A DNA stretch of 56,128 nucleotides from the NCBI GenBank assembly GCA_027859095.1, contig JAQIBN010000085.1, forward strand, positions 1 to 56,128, in the 5' to 3' direction. The DNA is from Spirochaetia bacterium. GTDB taxonomy: Bacteria; Spirochaetota; Spirochaetia; B11-G9. The translations under genes and the position numbers were made by a program. The notes beneath the pieces are model-generated. The model searched no databases. It had not been told where the DNA came from and saw nothing but the letters and a program-made list of their open reading frames with translations. Shown here in pieces: positions 18,601 through 26,743 of this stretch. Position 1 is the first letter of the stretch. Each line of letters opens with the position of its first letter.

Positions 18601-20477
18601 TTTTCTGTAACCTTATGCCCTGTTATATATCCTGTCAGGGGTTTCTTTTTTGAGATATTAGCAGTCTGTCCCCTGCTTAAACGAGAATCTTCAATAAATA
18701 TACTGTCATTTTTTTCAGCTTGAAAAGGTTTATATTCTTTATCTTTTTCAGGCTGAGGTGAAATATAAATACGGGTACTGAAATTATCAGATCTTTCTAA
18801 CCCGTCAGTAACTGTCAGGGTTAGATTGTACCCACCTTCTTCAAAATCTTTTGGAAGCAGGATTGAAAACTTTCCATTCGATACTTTTACAATCTCTTCT
18901 GACCGACTGCCAATAGTATATACAGCAGATAGAGAACCCTCTCCACCTGAAACCAATCCCTCAATTTTAGATGTCTTTCCCTGCATAAGAACTGCTCCAT
19001 CATAAAAGGGTTCAAGAACTAGTTTATCTGAATTATAAGTATCTACTGATAATTCAGGAACAACATTTATAATATTAAATGAATACTTAATACTTTTACC
19101 TTTTAAACCAAACATATCCACAGCATACAAATCTACTGTATGTTTACCTGGCTCCAGATCTTTTACTGGAATTAAAAAAGGACCATTTGAATCAATAGAT
19201 TTAAATTCTGTTTTATCAATAGAGAATTCTATAGACTTTACACCATCATCATCATTTGCCAGACCCTTTAAATAACCAGTAAACGGATCAATATTTTCAA
19301 TAACATTTTTTTCACTGGAATTAATTAATTTTAACAATGGAAGATCAGCTTCATTATCCATCTTTAAATCCAGTTTATAATTTCGTGTATTTCCAGATAG
19401 ATCGACTGCAATAAATGTTATAGATGCAGATTTTCTTCCACTTACATCAAAGGTATGGCTCCAATAAGGGTTACCAGTAATTAGGGGAATAGAAACTTCT
19501 TCCTTGTCATAAACAAATGAGAATCCTGCAAGACCAACTTCATCATGAACGGTTCCGGAAACTGTAACAAATCCATTTAATATTTTATCCTCAGTGGGTG
19601 ACTTTATTACAATTTCCGGCTTTTTATTATCTGAATAATAAACAAATACAGTACTGCTTTCAGATCCAGTTCCATCGCTGGTTCTTAACCAGATATAATC
19701 AGTACCACCTTCGCTGTCTCTTGTATCAATTTTTAAGGAAAATTCACGTTCAATATGTTTAGGTTTTCCCGAAAGCTTTAAAGTTAAATAATTTTCACCA
19801 TCTAAACTATACTCAAGATTTTCTACTCCATTAGCATCAAATACAGTACCCGTAATAGTTATTTTTCCGGATAATATTTCTCCGTTACTATGAGAATCTA
19901 TTTTAATTTCCGGTTTTGTTTTATCAATATTAAATGATACTAAAACCTCATTTCCTTTAAGTCCGTTTATATCAGTAACTCTGGAAGAAATTGTATGTAC
20001 TCCGTCGGAAAAAGTTTTAACACTAAAAAAGGAGGACCAGAACTCTTTACCTTCTGCGCGAACAAAGGGTTCCTCATCAAGACGAACTTCAACAAAATCA
20101 ATTCCGTCGTCGTCTGTTGCAGTACCTATAACTGTAAAGTCACCTCCAACTCTCATATTTTCTGTAGGGCTGGATATTGAGGCTACAGGAAGATCAGATT
20201 CAGAATCAATAAATATATTTATGGGATCTGCTATAGAAATATTACCGGCTTTATCGGTACTTCTAATTATAAGGTTATATTCACCATCCGGGTAGTCGGA
20301 GATATCGTAGTTGTATGTCCAGTTTTCCAGGCCGTCTACCGTTTTGTATTCAGTACTTATTGTCTCTTTTTCAATTGCTGCTGGAAGGGGTGTTGCCTCC
20401 TGGGATGAAAGCGCTGTTGAGATCGTGAAAAAAATGATTACCAGTAATAAATTTTTATTAATTATTCTCCTTTTCAT
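15660..20477 (-). CDS. Giant Ig-like repeat envelope protein with putative C-terminal outer-membrane beta-barrel
   Basis: Sec signal (MKRRIINKNLLLVIIFF..ALS), about a dozen repeats of 'D..P.(V/I).I..P...G...D..G...V...D..GN'; last ~150 aa are alternating amphipathic strands ending IGTRIGIF. Confidence 0.75.
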   Translation of the reverse strand: MKRRIINKNLLLVIIFFTISTALSSQEATPLPAAIEKETISTEYKTVDGLENWTYNYDISDYPDGEYNLIIRSTDKAGNISIADPINIFIDSESDLPVASISSPTENMRVGGDFTVIGTATDDDGIDFVEVRLDEEPFVRAEGKEFWSSFFSVKTFSDGVHTISSRVTDINGLKGNEVLVSFNIDKTKPEIKIDSHSNGEILSGKITITGTVFDANGVENLEYSLDGENYLTLKLSGKPKHIEREFSLKIDTRDSEGGTDYIWLRTSDGTGSESSTVFVYYSDNKKPEIVIKSPTEDKILNGFVTVSGTVHDEVGLAGFSFVYDKEEVSIPLITGNPYWSHTFDVSGRKSASITFIAVDLSGNTRNYKLDLKMDNEADLPLLKLINSSEKNVIENIDPFTGYLKGLANDDDGVKSIEFSIDKTEFKSIDSNGPFLIPVKDLEPGKHTVDLYAVDMFGLKGKSIKYSFNIINVVPELSVDTYNSDKLVLEPFYDGAVLMQGKTSKIEGLVSGGEGSLSAVYTIGSRSEEIVKVSNGKFSILLPKDFEEGGYNLTLTVTDGLERSDNFSTRIYISPQPEKDKEYKPFQAEKNDSIFIEDSRLSRGQTANISKKKPLTGYITGHKVTEKMISPAVVDSDNPKNSKEAVMDIFVTEDTIKSAVLVPEQESFKIEYEGSRFSIVPVSESIPVSFTVKIETSQGKEYTSEDIKVGSDNTIPVLNISNTNNSVLTDKLLLSGTYSDGTGIEKTNIEFSGSAVSYGSSRELTNGKDDNSEVFDMEIDLLSLEEGNHFYTVIITDIFGNIYSETIPFVIDRTSAVLAVIIPEPDVSVEGIITVVGEIKDFTDGGLLFFSENGVDFIEIPIAEDNGFFLNIDLSREEVISEDFILKLSDRAGNITELKPQFIVDRESDRPTVSIEIPASNATIRDDFEITGLVFDDDEVGSIYYSMDTEEFTELLGDKYFNIPYSLDNLIDGEHTVTVRASDSGGFMSEDVTVNFIVSKAEPVSLLLSPVIEFYAKNNITLKGQTYDENGVDSVFISYDNGVTFNKAILEKEVFIEESNEESTTFTWTYNFNTRLSGDGTHSILIKAVDNAGTVGIASTILNIDNTSPEIKLDYPGESDSVAGTLVVDGKVYDSTKIKSVITELKYLDGEGEPVIREIITEDVFRDIIDIKEYNPGWYNLTITVTDHAANSISETRNLLIMPLEEQKSIDLFFPEEGKDVVGNFVVEGRMNHLEDVKKAVLKIDGNIIQTTDIKTNGLFSFSLGKEELIDGLHTLSVESADAENSITSELRNISFISDGPWLKVENIISGQFVSDRPLITGTAGYDGPEQDDKTKRVKKVEVSLDNGRSFVDAKGRESWEFRLETYDLNEGENQLIIRSFLEDGQSNIIKIFVNVDETSPGISLFIPEENKKFNGSVTLVGTAGDSNGLESVEVLIREGRKEKYQVPSFVQGLYIDMHALGATYGELGVGLSFFDDVVKIQAQIGMAPPGRFNGLVVGGKLLASIIDLPFSYFFGYDWDFFSMSVAVGANFNYFTMSEDRISFTDKGVVLGSVLTQFEFAKFELKDLKMLNTYSLYAEAALWFISSDIQAGVVPTYSIGTRIGIF

Positions 20478-20520
20478 ATTCCACTTACCCCGTATTAAAT
20501 AATTATAGTTTTTATAAATT

Positions 20521-23500
20521 TTATTCTTCAAGGAGCGTAGCCTCCTCTAGAAATGATCCATTGTATCCAATTACAAGAGGTCCTTCGGTTCTTCGATCTA
20601 TTATATCAAGAGGATCTGATGTATCCCGTGTACTGTTAATTCCAATGTAAGCATTGCTTTCGGAAGGAGCTGTAGAAGCAGATACAGAGGTTACCTCCCA
20701 GGCTCCAGTGTACTGCCCGGTTACATAACTGGCTCCATTAGCAAAGTTAACATCGCCAAGTGGATATACAGGCCATGCTGCTCGCAGTGCATATTTTGTT
20801 CCACTGAATGAGAGGGAATAGTTAGAAATTACTGGACGGTAATCTGCACCCACAGTTTCATCAAAATCTTTTATTGCTATAGAGTTATACATGCCATTTG
20901 TAAATAGCGCATCTATAGTGTAAGTCTCAATTTCAGAATCAAGGCAGTCGAAGGAAGGCAGGTATGTATATTTCAAATTACTGTTGGATCCATCATAATA
21001 TGATAAATGAACACCATGATCAGGATCTACAATCATATCAACATAGAGCCCAGCACCAGTATCAAGTGGAGTTGCTCTAGAAAGCCATGCTGAAGGATTA
21101 TTTACAGGGTCAGAATTATACATAAATTTTAGCTCAGACGCAGATCCATCATAGTAGGCCATATAAATATTTGATCCAACGCCATTTTCATCCCAGGCAA
21201 TATCAAAGTGTTCTGAATCTGCTCCACCGGAAGTTAGCTCTATCCTAGTTGGTAAGCCTGTTCCTGTATAACCAACACCGTCATTATAAGGAGTTATCAA
21301 TCCAACATTATAACTGGTACCTGGATAATTTGTATCTGCAGATGGTGTATATTTACTTAAATTTGTTGTCCAGCCTCCTGCCATATTAGTTATCTGATCC
21401 CCTGCACTCAGAGCCGATCCAGTTTTAAAAGCAAAGAAAACAATGCTCTGCGATTCACCGGCCACATCATAATACGCGATATAGTTATCTGTATTTGTAT
21501 CCCCACCATCTGTTATTATTTGCAGGTTGTGGTTACGATTCATAACAACAGAGTTATATGCATAATTTGCGTCACCATTAAATGATAGGTTACCTATACC
21601 TAGTCGATTCTGATTTAGTCGATGCCAATTGAAAGCTTCTGACTCATAGGTTTCATCTTTACCCCATTGCACTGAGCCATAATATGCATAATTTGTTTGC
21701 CCACTATTCCAGTTCATATTGTGCAAATATATATAAATCGGAGTTCCATCTTCATTGATATAAAAATCTCCACCCATAGTACTCCATGAATTTGCTAATT
21801 GCGTTGAATTCAGGTTTACACTTTGTCCATTTTCAACATAATACCAATTCATATCTGTCGATTCTGTATTAGCTACCTCAGAAAAAACCGGTCTCATAAC
21901 AGCTTCTGTTTTACCAGCAATAGCTGTTTTCGAATCAAGCTGCCAAAAATACATATATCTATCGTCAGTCATTCCAGGTTTGTACGCAGAAGCTTCACTG
22001 TTGTAATCTTTACTATTGTCATTAATATTGTTTATAGAACTTATTCCATGGGTGATAACAGTAAGTTCTCCAGATTTTGTGGAATCCTTGATTACATCAA
22101 CATAAGAATAATTTACAGCATCTCTTGCTGTAATAGCTACTGAGTTTGAGCCAATTGTTACCAAATCAGATGGATATGCTACTGTATCAGGGTCAGGATA
22201 AAGGTTGTAACCTGAAATACGTATTGTATTTGAAGCACTGTAACTGACTGGGTATCGCCCCAAAGCACTCCTCTTAATAAAAGAAAGAGTTCCATTCTCC
22301 ATGCCTGTAGTAATATCAGTTATATACGGAACAACATCCACAGTCATAGAATCTGAGGCAGTATTTGGAGTCAAGGCATAATCTTCAATAGAAAAAGTTA
22401 TGGGAACATTGTTTTGAGCTACACCTGCAACAGTTGCAGAATTCCAGGCATATGTCCATGTAATCAGAAGACCTGTATATTCCGAGAAATTATATGTATC
22501 GATTACAAAATTACCATCCTGGGAAACTAATGCGTTACCAACCCAGGAAGCAAGAATATGATCAGTTCCAACACCATCAAGTGTTAATTTAATATTTTTA
22601 ATTCTCTGGTTATCCCATGCATTTCCTGTTATTGTCATTTGACCACTTACATCGGGATCAGTTCCATTGTGCAGACTGCTTCCTGATTCCTCAAGATGCC
22701 CTGCTATTACATTCCCCTGTGTCAGCGCATCAATGCTGATTGTGGGATAGATATCATCAGTATTATCAATAATTACGTTTATTAGCTGAGATGTAGTTAT
22801 CCCATCTGAATCTGTAACTTCATAATAAAAGGATTCCGAACCGTCAACATATGGGGGTACAGATATATCAATTGTTGATGAAGGATTTGTAGATAATAAT
22901 GTACCAGTGTTATTAATCCCCTGAAAAAGTTTATAGCTCAGACCAGGTATATAATTATCATTTACTGTTATTGAAAGGTAGAGTCTATTCTGAGCATTAA
23001 AACTTGCTGTATATCCAAACTGTTCTCCAGCTTCAACAATGCCGCTCCAATCAAGGTCAGTTCCTACTGTTGTTGCAGTAATTACAGGTTTATGATTCTT
23101 GATAAAACCACTTGCCAGGTAGTGATGGGCATTCCCGGCCTTATCCCACACCACATAATGAAGATCAATAGTACCATCGGGTATATTTTCCGAATTAAGT
23201 TCTGCCCACCATGAATAGGTCGAGCCGGACAATGTCAATGACTCATTATATCCATCAAGGTCTCCGTTAACACCTGAATCATTTCCCAGTTCATCAGGAT
23301 CATTAATTATTATCTTATAACTGTCAGAGGAGGGATAAGGAACAGATCCGTTTCCATCTCCAAAGTTATTTGCGCCCACTGCTACAGATATATCTGCTAA
23401 TGCAGAATTATACACATTTCCAGCTCTAACAAAATAGACCTCTATCTTATCTATACCACTGACTGTGCCCGAATCTATGGCCTGACCCTGAACATTAAAA

Positions 23501-26019
23501 GTTGTTCCATTTATATCTTCCAAAACACCTGTCCAGGTTCCAGTCGGAAGAATATTATCCACATTAAGATTGATAGAAGTATCTGTAGAGTTACTGGCAT
23601 TATCTACAACCTTCAGTTTTATAGGCAGAACACCACTCATAGGAATATAACTTGTTGTATTGATACTTTGTGAAATACTATAGTCTTTACCGTCCATGGC
23701 TCCAATAAGGGTACTTGAACCTGTAATATCAGTATAACTGGTACCTCCGTTGTAACTTATAAGTATTTGATTTACCAGCTGGGGGTCATGAGCCTGACCT
23801 GTCAAAGTAAAAGTACCTTTTGCATAATCAAATGAACTGTGTGAGAAATTATCAAAATAGGGATAAGAATTGTCAAATTCAACATCAATAGATACATCGT
23901 CCCCAATTACTCCAGGATTGGCACCATCTTTTGTATCGACAGCCCGCACCTGAATAGTAACTGTCCCTGTTCCTCCGGTAGTTGCCGCAAAGAGTTCACC
24001 ATTTGTATTCAGTTCCTGCTGCCAGTTCAATGTTCCACTTACAGTATTCCATAATGACTCATCCTCAAAAGGATCTGAAGTATTACCATCTCCATCTAGG
24101 ATAATTTGATCAAGAAAATCATGATCTCCATTAAGATCCAATCGCATTTCTACTCTTAGAACCTGTTGTTCGTCATAGGATGTACCACGAATAGTAACTG
24201 GTCCCCCAGTCTTAAACCCATCCTCTGGATATGTAAATGAAACTTCAGGTTTATCAAGGGCTGAATTGATTAAAAAGTAATAATAGGATTCAGTTGTTTC
24301 ATAAGTGTTACCAGCAATATCTGTAACTTTAAATGTAATTGGCAGCTGCCATACTCCACCTCCAAGATCATCTGCTGAACCAATATTTGTGTAAGTACCT
24401 TCCACATCTGTTAGTGCCTTTGACCAATGGCTAAGATCAAATAACTCTTCCCAGGCTCCATCTTTACCTATTTTTATAAACCCTTCCAGGAAGGCATTAG
24501 AATTATCTTCACATATCCCCTGTACAGTAACGTCACCGTACACCTCGGAACTTTTCACTGGGTAATTAAAGGTGACAGATGGATTTGTAATATCAACATA
24601 AAAAGAAATATTATAAGATGATATTTTTCCTGTTCCATCTTCAGCATAAACCTTTACACTATGCATTCCTTCTGATAAAGCAGGACTTGTATACGTCCAA
24701 TCTGCAAAACCATTAGCAGTTGATGCATCCCTCCAGTCTACTTCAGCCTCTCCATCCAGTTGAACCTTTACAGAAAGAACGGATTGATCATCATATGCAG
24801 TTCCGACTAATCCTGCTGTAGAAGAATTGAGATAATCACCTTGTGCGGGGTTGGTAATAGCAATCTGTGGTGCTCCAAGATCAATTGTAAAAGAAACTAC
24901 ATCAGATACTTTCTGAGTACCATGATCATCTTCAGCACGTATTTGAATAGTATGAGTACCATTCCCCAAAGACGAAATATCGTATTTAAAATTGACTGCT
25001 TGTCCGGAACCAGTAATTTCAGTTCCAGGGAGTGCTGAGTTCCATTCCCAGACAGTATCATTTATATTTATTTCAATAGTTGATGTATCTACTGCATCAT
25101 CATCCTCAACACGGCCAATGACTATTGCATTACCTCCAAGCTGAGCTCCAACCTCAGGATTACTAATAGTTATTACAGGAACATCATCATTCATATCAAC
25201 ATTAAGAGGCAGCTCAGTTATTTCTATTCCTTCCAGAGATAATTCTGTAATAACAGCTCCTGGAACAGATTCACCATTCTCAATTTTATAAAGATTTTCT
25301 ATGGTTAAGTAAGTTCCACCATTAAGACTGTTTACATCATTATAATGAAAAAAATGTGTATTTTGATTTCCGGCAAAATCTTCTGCAGTGATCTCCAGTG
25401 AGTACGAGCCGGTTACTGCGTTTGATAAAACACAACTCCATGAATTAGTTCCCTCAACAGTACTCAGAGTACCGGAACCTGAGACTAAGGCAACAGATAC
25501 CTGTCGTATTCTAAAAGGGTCTGTTGCTTCCCCTTTTATTGAAAACTGGGAGTCCGATGCGGCAGAAGCAAATCCGGGAGAAACCGTTACCATAACTATA
25601 GGTGCTGTATTATCAAAATATAACAAAAGTCTTTCTTCACTTGTTTTTGGAGTTGAGGAAGTATCACTGACAAGAACTACAATATCCTTTTCACCATCTT
25701 CAACAGTTGCAGTATCAATAGTATAGAACCAGGATAGCTGATCGGTTGCTACAGTTGCATCTAAAAAGGTAAGACCTCCATCAAAGGATAACTTCACAGA
25801 TTTTATTCCAATATCATCACTGGTAGTACCAGTAAGAGTAATTTCACCTTTAACATAGTCTCCATTAACTATAACAGTACCATCACCATAGCTTCCAATA
25901 GAAAGTTCAGGAGCTTCTATATCAACCTTATCACCAAGACCAATCATGGTATTGGGACAACCTGCTATAACTACTATCGATAGTATAAATAAATATTTCA
26001 AAATTTTATTAACTGTCAT
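20521..26019 (-). CDS. Giant Ig-like repeat lipoprotein with putative C-terminal beta-propeller domain
   Basis: ATG 26019 after SD AAGGAG; lipobox IAG-C; many Ig-like repeats; C-terminal repeats 'YMAYYD....LKFMY' and 'HLSYYD....LKYTY'. Confidence 0.75.
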   Translation of the reverse strand: MTVNKILKYLFILSIVVIAGCPNTMIGLGDKVDIEAPELSIGSYGDGTVIVNGDYVKGEITLTGTTSDDIGIKSVKLSFDGGLTFLDATVATDQLSWFYTIDTATVEDGEKDIVVLVSDTSSTPKTSEERLLLYFDNTAPIVMVTVSPGFASAASDSQFSIKGEATDPFRIRQVSVALVSGSGTLSTVEGTNSWSCVLSNAVTGSYSLEITAEDFAGNQNTHFFHYNDVNSLNGGTYLTIENLYKIENGESVPGAVITELSLEGIEITELPLNVDMNDDVPVITISNPEVGAQLGGNAIVIGRVEDDDAVDTSTIEININDTVWEWNSALPGTEITGSGQAVNFKYDISSLGNGTHTIQIRAEDDHGTQKVSDVVSFTIDLGAPQIAITNPAQGDYLNSSTAGLVGTAYDDQSVLSVKVQLDGEAEVDWRDASTANGFADWTYTSPALSEGMHSVKVYAEDGTGKISSYNISFYVDITNPSVTFNYPVKSSEVYGDVTVQGICEDNSNAFLEGFIKIGKDGAWEELFDLSHWSKALTDVEGTYTNIGSADDLGGGVWQLPITFKVTDIAGNTYETTESYYYFLINSALDKPEVSFTYPEDGFKTGGPVTIRGTSYDEQQVLRVEMRLDLNGDHDFLDQIILDGDGNTSDPFEDESLWNTVSGTLNWQQELNTNGELFAATTGGTGTVTIQVRAVDTKDGANPGVIGDDVSIDVEFDNSYPYFDNFSHSSFDYAKGTFTLTGQAHDPQLVNQILISYNGGTSYTDITGSSTLIGAMDGKDYSISQSINTTSYIPMSGVLPIKLKVVDNASNSTDTSINLNVDNILPTGTWTGVLEDINGTTFNVQGQAIDSGTVSGIDKIEVYFVRAGNVYNSALADISVAVGANNFGDGNGSVPYPSSDSYKIIINDPDELGNDSGVNGDLDGYNESLTLSGSTYSWWAELNSENIPDGTIDLHYVVWDKAGNAHHYLASGFIKNHKPVITATTVGTDLDWSGIVEAGEQFGYTASFNAQNRLYLSITVNDNYIPGLSYKLFQGINNTGTLLSTNPSSTIDISVPPYVDGSESFYYEVTDSDGITTSQLINVIIDNTDDIYPTISIDALTQGNVIAGHLEESGSSLHNGTDPDVSGQMTITGNAWDNQRIKNIKLTLDGVGTDHILASWVGNALVSQDGNFVIDTYNFSEYTGLLITWTYAWNSATVAGVAQNNVPITFSIEDYALTPNTASDSMTVDVVPYITDITTGMENGTLSFIKRSALGRYPVSYSASNTIRISGYNLYPDPDTVAYPSDLVTIGSNSVAITARDAVNYSYVDVIKDSTKSGELTVITHGISSINNINDNSKDYNSEASAYKPGMTDDRYMYFWQLDSKTAIAGKTEAVMRPVFSEVANTESTDMNWYYVENGQSVNLNSTQLANSWSTMGGDFYINEDGTPIYIYLHNMNWNSGQTNYAYYGSVQWGKDETYESEAFNWHRLNQNRLGIGNLSFNGDANYAYNSVVMNRNHNLQIITDGGDTNTDNYIAYYDVAGESQSIVFFAFKTGSALSAGDQITNMAGGWTTNLSKYTPSADTNYPGTSYNVGLITPYNDGVGYTGTGLPTRIELTSGGADSEHFDIAWDENGVGSNIYMAYYDGSASELKFMYNSDPVNNPSAWLSRATPLDTGAGLYVDMIVDPDHGVHLSYYDGSNSNLKYTYLPSFDCLDSEIETYTIDALFTNGMYNSIAIKDFDETVGADYRPVISNYSLSFSGTKYALRAAWPVYPLGDVNFANGASYVTGQYTGAWEVTSVSASTAPSESNAYIGINSTRDTSDPLDIIDRRTEGPLVIGYNGSFLEEATLLEE

Positions 26020-26084
26020 TGTTAACTCCTTCATAAACAAGATCGTATTACCATTTCCAAAAAAAAAAATACCACCCCACCTAT

Positions 26085-26112
26085 TTATCGGCAAATTTAG
26101 TACTTTCATTTA
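26085..26112 (-). promoter_or_regulatory. Sigma28 (FliA/SigD)-type promoter of the giant-Ig operon
   Basis: TAAA-N16-GCCGATAA on the minus strand, about 65 nt upstream of ATG 26019. Confidence 0.7.
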
Positions 26113-26126
26113 AAATCCGGTAATTC

Positions 26127-26510
26127 CTAACCCAGAAAAACCTCTTCATCGTCACAAACAATATCAGCAGAACCAATATCTAAATTTATTTTAAAAACTC
26201 CAGAAAACCCTGGTAATTGAAATACTTCCAGAACATGGGGCTGTAACCTATCCAAAACAATACTACCGTCACTTTCTTTAACCCTATTCAATAAATTAAT
26301 TAAAGAACCTATTCCCATTGCTGAGATATATTTGATATTACTCATATCAAATACTAATTGGGTATATCCCTGGTCAATAAGTAAATTTATTCTTTCCTCA
26401 AAGTAGATAGAATTGTAGCTGTTAATGGATCCAATGGGCTCAATTATGATTGTACCCACAGATTCCTTTACAGTCTGAAAAGAAAACTCAAGATCTTTAT
26501 ATACATCCAT
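26127..26510 (-). CDS. STAS-domain anti-sigma factor antagonist (SpoIIAA/RsbV-like)
   Basis: G.INSYNS..F, LVFDMSNIKYISAMGIG.L, VLEVFQL.GF. Confidence 0.8.
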   Translation of the reverse strand: MDVYKDLEFSFQTVKESVGTIIIEPIGSINSYNSIYFEERINLLIDQGYTQLVFDMSNIKYISAMGIGSLINLLNRVKESDGSIVLDRLQPHVLEVFQLPGFSGVFKINLDIGSADIVCDDEEVFLG

Positions 26511-26552
26511 ATCAACCCCCTATATAAATAAATTTACTTCTACAGCCATTAA

Positions 26553-26569
26553 AGCAATAACTATGCCAA
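26553..26569 (-). promoter_or_regulatory. Sigma54 (-24/-12) promoter of the STAS gene
   Basis: TTGGCAT-AGTTA-TTGCT with exact GG/GC spacing. Confidence 0.75.
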
Positions 26570-26629
26570 CTTCAAATCAGAGCTACTTTATATAAAATCT
26601 TATAGATAGAACATAAAACCATTATTTAA

Positions 26630-26667
26630 TCGACCTCAAGGTCGAGCTATATCGACTAAAAGGACGA
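26630..26667. promoter_or_regulatory. Putative tandem upstream activator sites for the NtrC-family protein
   Basis: TCGACC-N4-GGTCGA (26630-26645) and TCGACT-N4-GGACGA (26652-26667), 22 bp apart. Confidence 0.55.
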
Positions 26668-26674
26668 ATAAATA

Positions 26675-26703
26675 TTGTATAAGCGCAGTTTAACTGGTAC
26701 AAT
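26675..26703 (+). promoter_or_regulatory. Sigma70 promoter of the NtrC-family gene
   Basis: TTGTAT-N17-TACAAT with TG extension. Confidence 0.5.
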
Positions 26704-26743
26704 GAAGGGAATAAATAAAAATTGTGTTATGAAGAAGGGCTAA

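Noticed and set aside
15660-26019. Sialidase/neuraminidase call from Asp-box-like motifs
   Set aside because: The motifs are isolated turns within Ig-like repeats; no RIP motif or sialidase catalytic set was recognised.
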